Shown here: one piece after another, positions 12,957 to 25,795 of the stretch
Numbering within the stretch: the first letter of the stretch is position 1
Layout: each line of letters begins with the position of its first letter
Source of the DNA: Tubulanus polymorphus
Lineage: Eukaryota; Animalia; Nemertea
DNA: 64,000 nt
Direction of reading: 5' to 3'
Assembly: GCF_964204645.1 (NCBI RefSeq)
Contig: NC_134030.1
Coordinates: 11,615,947 to 11,679,946 of the forward strand
Translations under genes and position numbers: made by a program
Notes under the pieces: generated by a model
What the model saw: the letters and a program-made list of their open reading frames with translations, nothing else
Told to the model about the DNA's origin: nothing
The model's database searches: none

Positions 12957-14113
12957 GTAATGTTTTAATCCAGAGTAGATGATTTGAAAGCTATTTTGAC
13001 TGTCTAGGTTAACCTACAATTTTTGAACCAAGCATTCTACCATTTTTGCCCTTGAAAATCCATCAACCATGAAAGAAATAAACTGCTGCAAAAATCTCTT
13101 TATTGGCTGGAAACCTGATGCTTAAATATTATAAGAATGCGCCAGTATTTATAACCTCCCCTCATGAATACGAAAAATATATGAGAACATGCTTTTGAAA
13201 TAGAATTCCATTAACATTTTCAGAAATTAGTCATAGACGAATTCACCTTCCGATTAATTTCAAAATGTCCTAATGTTTGCCCAGCGGTAAAAAGACAACA
13301 ATCTAACTCATAGGTTATCCGAAATCCTGAGATCCCATGCAGAGCACAATATATAATTTGTAAATTCTAAAATATTCCTACTTATTTCACGGACAATAGA
13401 CCGATTTGAAAATTTTGAGATGGTCAGATTTAGGTTTCAAGAAAAAGTTTAAGCCTAATATAAAGACTATTCAAATAAAAACATTTTGATGTATTGAATT
13501 GGGTTTAGCTCATGAAATTGACGTCAAATATGAATTCCCTGACCAAAACATGCAGATAGCTTGTGTTGATCAGCATTACAGGTCACACCATTCAGGCGCC
13601 TGTTCCCCGAGATGGCGAACGGCAGCCATCTTGGATTTCTCGTTCAAAAAAACACTGGAAGTGAATTCCTTGACTTAAAAACCCCCAGAAAGCATATGCT
13701 GATTAGTGCTGTGCCCAAACCATAGCAAAAATAATTCCGGCGGCCATTTTGGATTTTTGCCCCTTGCGAAGTTAACCCACTCTTCGCGAGGGTCACCCTC
13801 GCTAATTTCTCCAAGTTACCCTTAAAGATGATAAATCAATCGAGAAACCTTTGTTTGGACTCCACTAAAACGTTTTGGTTTGAATTGTTGTTCTCATTGT
13901 AAACATGAAGTAACCAAAAGCAATTTAACCAAAAAATTTCAGTCTAATTTCCCTTGAAACCAGATGGTAGTTCCCAAGTCAACAAACATGTCAAAATCTG
14001 TGAAGATGCAAATTCAGGATGATAGTTGAATGAAACTGAAATAATTGAATTTTAAGGACGATATGAAAATTAGCATGATTTCAAATTATTCATTTTCAAA
14101 TATCTCTTTGAAG

Positions 14114-14232
14114 TGTTGGTTGACAAAGATAATGCACCGAAGTGGGAACCAAGCAATGTTGAAGAGGTGACAGATGAACATGTGGATTGGTACTTCTCAC
14201 AGTTACCTGAACACAGAGAGCTTCGCTTATGA
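14114..14232 (+). CDS. HIBCH: HIBCH last coding exon
   Basis: tttgaag|TG (phase 1 matches previous exon); VLVDKDNAPKWEPSNVEEVTDEHVDWYFSQLPEHRELRL-TGA; candidate AATAAA at 14775-14780. Confidence 0.93.
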
Positions 14233-15633
14233 TTTCAAAAGTGTTAGCTCTTCATTTAAGATGCTGCTGTGTTTTAAGAACCTCCTTCCTAGTAGAGATT
14301 TTCGATGAAATACAATGTATCACGAGTGATTATAATTAGTCAGAAGGACTGTATTTGTATTCTATATGCAAATGGCGAGACATTTCTACACAAATATTAG
14401 TAATAATCAACACTGCTCAAGTCAGATCTGTTTGGACCAAAAAGTTGCCTGAAGCTGGTAATGTTTGAATTTAATTACAGAAATATCTGGTGATTGAGAA
14501 TAATGCCCTTTTGCCGCGCAAAGTTCCCTTTTGAATTTTCCATCATATCCTATCAATTTACAATTCTACAACACGATTTCTGCTGGTAACATCTTGAATA
14601 ACAGTCTATATGACATTTTATCAAGTGTAGGGGCCTATTATAATGCATGGGGCCTGCAGTAGCTGTAAAACGGTGTCGTATGTAGAATATAAAGTTGGTC
14701 CTGGATTCACTTCATTGGTTACTAGAGTCATAATTCAAAACACCACCACTCAAATGACGTTGTTAATTTGAATGAATAAAAGACGGGGCATTTGAACGGT
14801 GTTTTCCAAATTTGTGTACGATTTCCATTTGTACAAGGACTGGTCCTAGCTGGACAAAAAATTCCTGAATGCTCCTAATGATAAAATTGGTCAACATCAT
14901 CAACATCATCACAACATCCATAGCAATCAATTAATGAAACGTCTTTACAATTTTAGACGATCTAATGCTACTTCAAACCTGAAAGCTTAAAAACTGAGGT
15001 ACAAACCAGGGGCGGATGTGGGGGGAGTTTTGAGAGCCCTTTTCTTTGGATCAACAAAGAGAATTGGTGCATTTCAGTTTTGGACTGCGCCTGATATTGC
15101 CTTTTGGACATAAGAGTGCCCTTTTGGAATGTGGCTACTTCAGACTTAACCTCTGCAAACTGAGTGATATGTGTAGTGGTGGACTCATTAAAACTCAGAA
15201 AAATCATATCAGTTATTTCCTGATGATGAAACCGTGTCTGAATCTGACTTGAGCTGAACTGCAGTAGTTTCCTGTTACTTTCAGGGCATTTTAATTCAGT
15301 ATTCTGGTCATTTATTGAATTTTCGATGAATAATATCTATATCTTTTATAGTTTATGTACTTTGAATGAAACAAGTGCTTGTGAATATGTTGCTAGTTAT
15401 CAGAGTTATAAACATGTTTTTGAAGCAATTCTGCGAGTTACATTATTGAATGTTTGACAAATGCCTGTATCTAATGACAGATTTAAGTTTTATCTGAGGT
15501 CGTTTTGAGAAAAGCCAGTCGATTTGAAGATAGTGATTGTTATCATTGTAAATAATAGTATAAGTTAAATAAACATGATCCGAAGATTTGATTATTAAAA
15601 TATTTAGTTTTTGTTTTGAAATTATATCAAATA

Positions 15634-15810
15634 CAGTGTCCCCCGATATACTGCTCTCCCATATACCGCCACCCCCGCCCACCGCCAGGTTTTCTCAACG
15701 TACATATGAATACAAATATTGAAATACACCACCGATACACCACATTACTCTCTATACATACCACCAAAACCGTTCTGCACCGATGTGGGCGGTATATTGG
15801 GGGTTGACTG
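15634..15810. mobile_element. Tc1/pogo-type MITE
   Basis: TA-CAGT...ACTG-TA with imperfect ~21-bp TIRs. Confidence 0.7.
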
Positions 15811-16017
15811 TACATCCAATCGGCACTTGTGAGAAACAATGGTTTGGAATGTAATAAACAATCAGTTGTTGATAACGTGTTTCACAGACTAACTTCCCAT
15901 TCTAACCCTCGGAGAAAAAGCGGATGGAAGTGTTGAGATTTTAAGGACATCTGTTTACCAACATTCTGAGGATAAAGGAATATAAATATTTCCAACACGG
16001 AAAAAACAGGAAGCAGT

Positions 16018-16138
16018 ATGTCATCGAATACTGAGTTTCTGTCTAAGGACAGATTTGATGTCCCAGAACCAGACATCGAATCCACCAATGGGATACAAGA
16101 AATGGACAATACATCAATGACCAGCATCACCTCTGAGG
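16018..16138 (+). CDS. BTB-BACK protein (serine-enriched protein/gprs-like), probable first coding exon
   Basis: ATG 16018, MSSNTEFLSKDRFDVPEPDIE...TSE, donor G|gtaatt in phase 1, compatible with the acceptor at 17523; an alternative donor near 16158 is possible. Confidence 0.6.
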
Positions 16139-16574
16139 GTAATTATGTGCCATACAGGTACTGTTCATATTCGGTTATGTTGATGTTCATAGGTTTACTG
16201 GAGGAGCAGGGTAAAGTTCTATGAAAATAACTTTTCTTGAGTTTTTCTAAGCTGGTTTAGTAGACTCAGCTAATGCTGTTATGCAGGGTTGGATCGAAGG
16301 GAGTGGCACTTATTTTGCTTGACAAATTCTTGCTGGTAATTTTGTTTTAGAATCACAGAAAATTATCACTTTCAAATACATGTACAGTCGACCTCGCTTA
16401 GTTCGTCGTCGGTTAATTCGTATAACTACCTTATTCGTATGAAAATGAAAGGTCCCGATTTTTTCTTTCGTTATTCCCGATGAATAATTTAATTAAAAAA
16501 CGATGAATATCCGTGGCACGCAGCGTTAGTTCCCATGCCAGTGGAAGCAATTTTAGCAGTTTTTTTGTAGTATT

Positions 16575-16576
<2 letters not shown>

Positions 16577-16641
<65 letters not shown>
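16577..16641. repeat. (TA)n microsatellite
   Basis: Direct reading. Confidence 0.98.
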
Positions 16642-16648
<7 letters not shown>

Positions 16649-17523
16649 GAATATTTGTACCTTGATACCTTGACCAGCTCGCGCGGATAATGTCCCATGT
16701 GCAGTAAACCATGCGGCAGCGTAAGTCAGATTTTTTGGGACCAATAAAATACTTTTGAAAATGGACTTTGAAGATGTCCTACTTTGAATAAGTTGATTTT
16801 CAGCCCTTTTTCGAAAACTATGACTTGAAAATTAATTTCTGTAAATGGACAAATTGAATCAAGATCTACGTACAAGAAATGATGACTTCACAACAAAAAT
16901 ATTGCGAGTTCTAACCACCACTAAAATAACTGTTGACATGTATCGTCGATTTCAAGCCAGGAACAGGGGTCGGAATAGGGAAGAAATCAAACTTCAATGG
17001 GAAGAAAATAGCCCCCTGACTTTCAGGGAGTGATTTTACCAAAACTTACTAGATCTTTAGACATAATCTACCCAGGGGCTGCAGGTGACACGAGGGCGTG
17101 TCTAATTAGTGAATTACAGGTGTTCTGAAAGGGGTCATTAGCACTGAAAGCGCGTCATGTTTCTATAAGGGGTTTTTTATTTTTGAGGTTGCAAAGCCCC
17201 CTGCCCTGCAGTCCCTGTTTCCGAATAAGGCAGATCATAAATGAAGATCTGACTGACATGGTAGCTATCTTAATAAACCAAAAGCCAGTGTTTTGTTTGA
17301 ATTGCCATGAATTTGAATACAATCAAATTTTTCTAAAAGAAATAATATCTACATATCTTGAACGATACAGGGCAAACCTTGGAATTAATTGAATCGTAGA
17401 TTTTTTCCCAAAATACAATGCCAAAGGACCAGTGGCGTCAGTGATTTTTACTATGAAACATTTCATGTAATTCTGTTAGAACTATGCATAGGATAACAAA
17501 ATATAAAACATTTCACTTATTAG

Positions 17524-17722
17524 ATCTTGTTGTGTTTTATCACAATGAAGTGGACACGTTACCAAATAAAGTACAAGCATATTCATTCAAAGACGAGAAA
17601 ACAATGTTCCATGACCTTCAGTATATATTTGGAATACCAGAGTTCAGTGACGTAGCTTTCATTGTGGGTGAAAAAAAAGAAGTGATATATGGTATACGGG
17701 CTATTCTCGCAGTCCGTAGTAG
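17524..17722 (+). CDS. BTB-BACK protein exon 2 (BTB N-half)
   Basis: FSDVAFIVGEKKEVIYGIRAILAVRSR, BTB start motif; donor AG|gtaagc. Confidence 0.85.
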
Positions 17723-18079
17723 GTAAGCATGGTAATCAAATACTGTAAATACACAGAGCACACTGTTTGCTGAAGGATGAGATTTAAGAATTCAATGAAA
17801 TTGCAGCTACAATGTATACTATCTTTATCTATACCGGTAGTCCCAATGAATAATCTAAGCGTAATCATCAATTGAAATTTAATCATCTTACTGTAGTTCT
17901 ACCATTTGTGTTTTACTTAAAAGGTATCAAACTCTGATAAATGTACTTAAAATTTTGAAGATTTGAAGTTTTCATTTGAATACCATGTCAATGTTTTCTT
18001 TGTGAAAATACTTGGAAGTATGGAATCTTTTCCCTTCAGGATGTCACCAATTAAGTACAGGTTATCTTATAATCTGCAG

Positions 18080-18345
18080 GGAATTTTATGATCTTCTTCA
18101 TGATACATCATCTTCTGGGACACGTCGCCGAAGACCAAGTATAAGCGATCAGCTTAAAGCATCTATTTTGTCAGCAACTGTGAAGAAAGAAAATTCCACT
18201 AACTCTAACACTATGACAGCAGGACATCACCCAGAGGGCATTCGAAAAACGTTAATTGTGGAAGATTTTGATGTAGATGCATTTCAGAAACTGATGGAGT
18301 TTTTACATACTGGTCAAGTTGAGTTGACAATAGATAATGTTGTAG
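18080..18345 (+). CDS. BTB-BACK protein exon 3 (BTB C-half)
   Basis: ctgcag|G...; EFYDLL...LIVEDFDVDAFQKLMEFLHTGQVELTIDNVV; donor G|gtgggt. Confidence 0.87.
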
Positions 18346-18839
18346 GTGGGTCCTTTTTATTTATCATTCTGAATGTTAGATAAATTGGGCCATAGACAAA
18401 ATGGGTCTTTCATGATTATTTGAATGATGATTAGGCTTGGACCAGACCAGTGTCAAATTAGGTCCGAGCTAAATTAGATTGCGCGTTCACGTGCATCAAA
18501 AAATGCTGTAGTAAACGAGATGAGTTCCAGAACCAGCTTGTGTTCAGACAGAATAATTTGACTCGTGACATTTGCCACTGGCCTGGTCCAACATTCTTTG
18601 TCAGGGGAAATGTTGGCAATGTCATGTATACTGACAGAATTTGACCTGGCTCCAAAATGCTCGTGTGACTCATGTTTATCTATCAGCTGATGTCCATGTA
18701 TCCAAAGGTACAAATTTGTGTTTCCAATTGTATCTATGAAGTGTAAGTCATTATCTAGATAAACTCCATGAAACTTGTTAGAATAGTATTAGTGTGGATG
18801 AAAAATCTAAGTGCATCTGTGATATTGAATTGCTCAATG

Positions 18840-19388
18840 GTAGGAACATAGGATTAAGGAGGTATCATGTAAAGCTCTCGGATATACCTAAACCAAATAA
18901 AGCAGCTATCTCAAAATAAATAATTAGTGCGCACAAGTTAGCAATTGAAACAGGTAGATATACCAGTACACCAAAAGAACAAACAAACACTTTGCACAAG
19001 TTGCAATGGAATAGAAGATGAACTACATTTTCTACTTGAATGTGCAAAGTTACAGGAGTTCAGAAAAGACCTTTTGATGGAATTTACAAAACATTACCCT
19101 CTTTATGATCGAGACCAATTAAGAAAAATTCAAAATCATTATGTGTTCCCCTAAACTAAGCAAAGCTCTCGGAAAATTCACCTAATTGGGCTTCGAACAA
19201 CATATGTAAATAGTTGATTACTGTTATTATTATTGTTATTTTGATGTTTATTCATATTTTGTAACCGCGTTTTTTATTGTGATTTCCAGTAAATTCTGAA
19301 TTTATCCTTTTCTCATCTTGTTAAAAAACCTGACTTGTATTTTATATTACTCAAAGGACAATAAAGGTATATTGAATTGAAATTGAAT
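18840..19388 (+). mobile_element. LINE 3' fragment in BTB gene intron 3
   Basis: SAHKLAIETGRY...LCTSCNGIEDELHFLLEC (C-terminal CCHC region) with frameshifts; AATAAA plus attga repeat tail. Confidence 0.78.
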
Positions 19389-19422
19389 AGTAAAAATCAT
19401 AATTTTCATTTCTATTTCTCAG

Positions 19423-19580
19423 GTGTAATGAGTGCATCAGACCATTTTGGTTGCCATCCTCTACGAGATGCTAGCATAGACTTTGCTTTGCAGAATATCA
19501 ATATATCATCAGCATTACAACTTCTAAAATCATCGGACCGATATCTACACCTCAAAGTCACTAAAAAACTTGTTGAGCAG
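19423..19580 (+). CDS. BTB-BACK protein exon 4
   Basis: ttctcag|GT...; GVMSASDHFGCHPLRDASIDFALQNINISSALQLL...VEQ|gtaaga. Confidence 0.88.
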
Positions 19581-19650
19581 GTAAGAAATGAATGATTTTG
19601 TTATGAGTTAATTTCAGAACCAAAAATTATCCCACACCCTCCTGCTTAGG

Positions 19651-19948
19651 CAGGCCCGTGCCGAGGGAGGGGGTTGGTTGTTAGGGAGTAGCGAACAAAT
19701 CCCCTAAAATTTTCAGTGCCCTTCAAAAAGTCAATGTCTAAATATTTGGGTCAAGATTTTTTGAAATTTGGATACAATTTTCATGTTTTTGAAAATGAAA
19801 AAGTAATTCATTCTGGAATGATTTATTCAGGCACCCGGGCATTTCATATTTAAGGTCTGACCTTTTTCAATAGGAAAGTGCCAATATTCACGGTGAAATG
19901 CCCTTTTTTGGAATAGAACTGCTCCTCAACGGAAATCGCAAGGGCCTG
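19651..19948. mobile_element. hAT-type MITE
   Basis: CAGGCCCGTGC / GCAAGGGCCTG termini; flanks ttagg/ttaga. Confidence 0.55.
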
Positions 19949-20013
19949 TTAGATTAAGATGATAATTGTATCTTGTACCTTCTCATAGGAACTCTGTCCG
20001 TATAAATTTGCAG

Positions 20014-20130
20014 ATCCTCATGTATATTGACACCAATGCCGAGCTGGTCGTGGGATGTGATGAATTCTTATCCTTATCTAAACAGCTAGTGATGCTTGTC
20101 CTATCTAGGGAGAAACTGGAAATTGATGAG
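20014..20130 (+). CDS. BTB-BACK protein exon 5 (BACK domain)
   Basis: ttgcag|ATC; ILMYIDTNAELVVGCDEFLSLSKQLVMLVLSREKLEIDE|gtacaa. Confidence 0.88.
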
Positions 20131-20212
20131 GTACAAAGGCTTAAATATCTATTCAACACTTTCATCTGAAAGGCTCCAAGAAGACTAGAGTTTGATACCA
20201 TGATTTTTCCAG

Positions 20213-20417
20213 GTTACTAGGTTTCGAATAGCGGCTCACTGGTGCAAGAAATATTGTAAATCGCGCAATAATGCAGTGGTGGATGAACTTGAACCTTTCC
20301 TCCGACATATTAAAATTCACAAGATTCCAGCCACATCTCTGATGAAGGAAGTTAAACCATTGAATATTATACCTGAAAGTGTGCTCATTAATGCATTGGC
20401 TTTCCAAGCAGATCCAG
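20213..20417 (+). CDS. BTB-BACK protein exon 6
   Basis: tttttccag|GTT; VTRFRIAAHWCKKYC...IKIHKIPATSLMKEVKPLNIIPESVLINALAFQADP|gtgaag; the ALAFQADP ending recalls gprs/serine-enriched protein. Confidence 0.87.
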
Positions 20418-20562
20418 GTGAAGTTCTAATCGAATCGAATTAAAGATGATGGACTTTCTAGTGAATATTCCAAATGCTACTATGTCAATTAAAAGCTAGA
20501 TTTTTTGTTAAAGATTATTTAATCTTCAGATAAACTAAATTGGTCAAAATTAAATTTTGCAG

Positions 20563-20750
20563 ACAGTGTAAATATTGATAAAATGACGCCTTTGGTATGT
20601 CAATTGAATATCTCTCCAACCTTGCCTCAGAAGTTCATCAGCAAAGAAAAACCTGGTGGTATGCGCAGGAAATATTCTCTGGCACAGTTGATTACACGAC
20701 CAGACAAGCGGACGCTTAGTTCATCGAGCAATCAAGAGGAAAGTGACTAG
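20563..20750 (+). CDS. BTB-BACK protein last coding exon
   Basis: ttttgcag|AC, phase 1 matches; open to TAG at 20748-20750; AATAAA at 20775 and 20823. Confidence 0.75.
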
Positions 20751-20913
20751 TTAGGCCTAAAAGAATACTTTGATAATAAACTTCTCAACCCAGTAAAATA
20801 TGTAACTGGCAGGATGATACGAAATAAAATACGTGAACAAATTTTGAAAAACATTTAAATTAATTATTAATCATGTTCATTACTAAATCTATACAAGAAA
20901 TGATAAGCTATTC

Positions 20914-21024
20914 TCAGAATACTTTTGTTGTATCGATGTATTCACCATCAGGACTATCATAGTCTTTTATTGGTGGAGTTTCAACTGGACCTTGACAGCT
21001 AAATGGAACCAAGCCTTCATCAAT
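20914..21024 (-). CDS. MRPL40: mitochondrial ribosomal protein mL40, last exon
   Basis: tttcag|ATT; IDEGLVPFSCQGPVETPPIKDYDSPDGEYIDTTKVF-TGA, matching the conserved GP..TPPI..Y..PDG.Y.D.TK C-terminus. Confidence 0.92.
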   Translation of the reverse strand: MDEGLVPFSCQGPVETPPIKDYDSPDGEYIDTTKVF

Positions 21025-22281
21025 CTGAAACGTAATACCGGTATGTTTCAAAGTAAATGTCAAGTGTACGAGCTACAGTCAACTCTCCTCAACTTGAGCG
21101 ACATCCAAGTTGGAGATCATATAATTCATACACAAAAATTTGTATATGTAAATACCTGAGGTTTACTATGTATAGCCATTTCAATTTACAATGTTATCTG
21201 GCAAAGAGGCCAAAGAATTCAGACCAAAATTTCTTAAGCTAAAAATTCCTGGCTATCTGAATACTTTCTTGTCATGGTGGGGCCCAACCGTATACCTTAA
21301 AGCATACCAAACCTCAAGACAAATGATCAAGACGACTTCAAAATATACCATGTGCCAAGACGGACGGATGGATGCCCTAGAAGACACCTATCAGAGCTCA
21401 TCGAGACTTCACCATCACCTTAAAGCTGGCTTATTTCGACAAGTGAGGCGACGCCTACCGAAATCTACTGATTCAACAGAGAGCAACTGCGATCATCGCC
21501 CAGCTTATGTCGACTGCGCTCTGATTCCCAGCAACTGAGGTCAACTAGCGGGATACGAAGATCCACCCAGTTGCTTCCCTGCTTTCGTTGGTTGTGATTA
21601 CTGGCGACTGCAACGGCTCAGATGGCCATTTTGAGAATAAATTTGAATTATTTCGAATTATTGGGAGATATTTCCAGTTGAAAAGCTATTTCTTTAAGAT
21701 CTTTATCTTTTTCATTCTTTTTTTTGAATAGAATGTCCTAGCGACAGCATATAGAAGGCCGCTCAGACCGTAATTCTACCAATTTCATTTCTAGATCCTC
21801 AGTCCAGTCATCTGCCATGCTGAAGGCTTGGTATGCAATTGAAACTAGTTGAATTTGAAAGTTTGTGACAAGACACTAATGACGCTAACTATTGTGACAA
21901 TTGTTCTATGTATATGCGGCCTCTGATTGGCCAGAAATTTGGCGCTCAGTCTAGCCGCGGTCAACTGAGCTTATGTTGGTAGCACTCGAATGCAACTGTC
22001 AGCCTACTGTAGGCCGAAGTAGAACATGGGCAACTAGCCGCTAGGCGTTGGGTTGCCGTCGCAAGACAGCTAATGTCGAACGGATATGATGGCAACTGGT
22101 GGCCTATCGTAGACCACTTGTTGCTGCTTATCGCCGATAAACCCAGTTGCGTCGGTAGGCATCAAAAAGCTTGTCGATACAAGTGAGCTCACATTTCCAT
22201 TCAAAACTATTTCGATGGATTCACACGTATGAAGATATATACATATTCCGAAAATTCAGTCTGACAACAGTTTTTACTTAC

Positions 22282-22480
22282 ACGAACGGCATTGTAGTAT
22301 AAATCTTCAGATTCACCTCGCAGCTCATTCAAAGCTTCCTGCTGACTAAGGGCTGCAGTTTTTATGGCGCGGCATTCGATTTTATATTGTAGTAGTTTAT
22401 ATCGAGACCATTCTTTCAGTAACAAGGCCCGCTCTTCTATCACCTCTTCGGTTAAAACTGTCTCTTCTCTCTGTCTTAAC
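22282..22480 (-). CDS. MRPL40: mL40 exon 4
   Basis: gtaaag|G...CGT|gtaagt; LTEEVIEERALLLKEWSRYK...QQEALNELRGESEDLYYNAV. Confidence 0.93.
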
Positions 22481-22580
22481 CTTTACAATAATACATATGA
22501 CATAGTGACAATAGGGCCTTTATTAAGGAGGTAAGGTTCTTAAGTTTTTAAAAACCCGGATTTCACAAATTTTCACTTAC

Positions 22581-22751
22581 TCCCTTTCTTTCTTCATTTT
22601 GAAATTTCCATTTATTTCATCAACTGGTTTTAATTTTCGACCAAGTTTTTCGAGCCTGCGAATCATTTTCTCGATTTTTCTTTTTTTCTTCAATTCTCGT
22701 TGGATTAATATATTTTGATCCATTTTGCGTTTCTTCTTCATAGGTTCACCT
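22581..22751 (-). CDS. MRPL40: mL40 exon 3
   Basis: tttatag|A...GA|gtaagt; GEPMKKKRKMDQ...KKKRKIEKMIRRLEKLGRKLKPVDE. Confidence 0.93.
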
Positions 22752-22893
22752 CTATAAACAAATTGCAAAATCATAATGATCATTTCTCATAAGGCAAAAC
22801 ATGAAGAAACCAGTACATAATCATCAAATAAAGTTTGATAAATTCATACGAAAGTGTAAATGCCAGTCCAAGCAGCCTGATAACACTACTTAC

Positions 22894-22980
22894 GCTAAAG
22901 AGGGTGTTAAGTGAAATGCCAATGGTGCCTGTAGTTGCATCCATCTTTTTGTGTTCAGGCATGTCTGTTGGATGACCAAC
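22894..22980 (-). CDS. MRPL40: mL40 exon 2 (mitochondrial targeting peptide)
   Basis: ttttctag|G...GC|gtaagt; phase 2/2; LVIQQTCLNTKRWMQLQAPLAFHLTPSLA, no acidic residues. Confidence 0.85.
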
Positions 22981-22998
22981 CTAGAAAATATATGATTT

Positions 22999-23100
22999 AA
23001 ACTTTCCAAAATAACTGGATTCCATCGTTGGACGGATGCACAGATGACAAATGAAAACTGAACGCAATAGCCCGCTGAGACTTAAGTCCTAAGTGGGCCT
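22999..23100 (-). mobile_element. HINE 5'-end fragment
   Basis: Matches 24810-24905 (aaaataactggattcc...cttaagtcctaagtgggc). Confidence 0.7.
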
Positions 23101-24119
23101 TAATCGTAGTGCCACAATAACCTGGCTTTAAGAACCCGAATAAAGGTTTTTAATTTTACATACACAAATATAAGGTCAGACCTTTGATTTATCTGGACTG
23201 CACAGTTTCACTGGTCCTATCCAAGACCAAATTGAGGTATGTGTTCCAAAAATTAATTGAAATATCCAAAAAAGGTCGATGTCAGACGAAAATGAATAGA
23301 AATTAGTCTATTTCAGGTCAAACTGTTGAGGATTCTGGAAATTATGAGGATCAACCGTGTTGATCATTAGGCTGTCAATCAGCTCTCAGTATCCACCCCC
23401 TCAGACAATCGACAGACTATGGCTAGATATCCGAATAAACCCTGATCGTCAAGACTTCGCCAGAAAAAGCAAAAAGGTTCGCCAGAATATCACCGATATG
23501 GAGGATTTCATGCACAGACCATAGACAGCCTATCACTAGCATCAAGACCCACTACAGACATCGCCACCTGATCAGACAATTTTAGTTTGAAATGCAGCCC
23601 TTAGATTGTTTAGGTTTGAACAAATTGGAAAATAATTGTGAAAAGATCATAAGAGATGGACATCTATAAGATAACATTTTGTTGTGGTAGTTTGCTGATT
23701 TCATGATTTTTCGAACAAGATTGGGCTGATGGATAATTTAATAATCAACCACGTTGATGGAACGAGTATATAATAGCTGAAATTCCTTTAGCAACGGAAG
23801 CGAATTCATAATAACACACCCGGTTCAGCATCGCGCAGGTTCAAATCCCGGAGAATTACGCTTTCGCGCGCGCGCGGGCAGCAGTCAACCCCAGCCAAGC
23901 ACTGAAATACGTAATTATAGCCGCGTTAGTCGTGCGATTTGCTTAAAATTTCATGGCAGTGCAGCGGCCTGGATTGGCACGTCTTGCTCGAGCAGCAGCA
24001 ACATCGCGGTCAGCAAAAACATTAATCTCCGCCCGTCTTTAAAGGAATTCGGTACCGCTGGCCACGTGCACTGCTTAATTGAGCCCTAGATTCCCGGTAC
24101 TCGATATTTCCGGAGTCTC

Positions 24120-24908
24120 AAATGCTCAACAATCTAACAATTTCAATATTCAATGCCCCCTGGTGACCATATACAAAAACCAATGACCTTGAAACTCACC
24201 ATTATCATAGAACATGCCGGCAGCTACGCAATTCATTGTGATAACAAAATATGCCTCGTTACCAATTTAATAATACCAACTTATTCTACTATTCAACGCC
24301 CCCTGGTGACTATATGCAAAACCCAATGACCTTGAAACTCACCACAATCATAGAACATGCCATGAACTACAACTTTGCAATTGATCATGGTAACAAAATA
24401 CCCCTAGGTACCAACCTAATAAGGAAATACCAAGTTCTTCTACTATTCAACGCCCCCTGGTGACCATAGAGAATAACTTATGTCCTTAAAACTCACCACA
24501 ATCATAGACGATGTCATGAGCTACAACTTTGTAATTGATTGTGGTAACAAAATATGCGTAGGTACAAATATAATATAGAAATACTAAGTTATTGTATTAT
24601 TCAATGCCCCCTGGTGGCCATATACAAAAAGCAATGACCTTGAAACTCACCAAAATCATAGAAAACGTTATGAGCCAAAACTTTCCAATATATTGTGGTA
24701 ACACAATATGCTTAGGTATCAATATAATGTGGAAAAACGTTTTCCCACCTACGAATGAGTACTGATGATGCAAGATGGCTGCCAATTGCGCCATAATTTC
24801 ATAGTCTTTAAAACTTCCCAAAATAACTGGATTCCGTCTACGGACAGACGACGGACAAAAAGTGAACGCAATAGCCTGCTGGGACTAAAGTCCCAAGTGG
24901 GCTAAAAA
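24120..24908 (-). mobile_element. HINE copy C (four tandem units)
   Basis: 5' end TTTTTAGCCCACTTGGGAC on the minus strand, GTCC microsatellite, units spaced 143/154/154 bp; 3' hairpin lost. Confidence 0.85.
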
Positions 24909-25059
24909 TCATAGTTATCTTCTCCTCTTCAAATGGAGCTAATTTCTAAATTAACAACCAGGTCAAAATTCTCCAATCTTGCAAAAAACCGGTCTGTTTC
25001 CCCATAGAAATATTGGTTAATTATGTTATGGTTTTGCTAAGTGGTTTAAACCATTCAAA

Positions 25060-25795
25060 TAGGGGTCCAGGGACACCATGCCCACTTGGGAAGTGGTTTC
25101 AAATGCTCAACAATCTAACAATTTCAATATTTAACACCCCCTGGTGACCATATACCAAAGCCAAATGACCTTGAAACTCACCACAATCATAGAACATGTC
25201 AGCAGCTACGATTTCGTAATTGATTGTGATAACAAAATATGCCTCGTTACCAATTTAATATGGAAATGCTGTTATTCTACCATTGATCGCCCCCTGGTCA
25301 CCATATGCAAAACCCAATGACCTTGAAACTCCCCAGAATCATAGAACATGTCATGAACTACAACTTTGCAATTGATTGTGGTAACAATATATGCATAGGT
25401 ATAAATATAATATAGATATACATGTACTAAATTATTGTATCATTGTATTGTATACAAAAACCAAAGACCTTGAAACTCACCGAAATCATAGAACACATTA
25501 TTAGCTACTACTTTGCAATTGATTGTGGTAACAAAATATGCTTAGGTATCAATATAATGTGGAAAAACTTTTTCCCACCTACGAATGAGTACTGATGACA
25601 CCAAGATGGCTGCCAATTGCGTATATATATATATATATATATCCATATACATATATCCATATATACTGATATATATATCCATATATACTGATGTAAAGTA
25701 ACAGCAGGGTGCACACAAATTGCTGATTTTGGCGAACAATAATGGCTGCCAGTCGGCCATCTTGATTCTGACTTAAGTCCCAAGTGGGCTAAAAA
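25060..25795 (-). mobile_element. HINE copy D (both termini present)
   Basis: Both subterminal IRs and the 3' hairpin present; inserted in an A/T run with no TSD; empty paralogous sites at ~27190 and ~31550. Confidence 0.85.

Noticed and set aside
16489-16744. ORFs with IYIYIY runs (also 45589-45888 and 25508-25807)
   Set aside because: Translations of (TA)n microsatellites
21191-21538. 115-aa + strand ORF
   Set aside because: Antisense within MRPL40 intron 4; no splice or homology support
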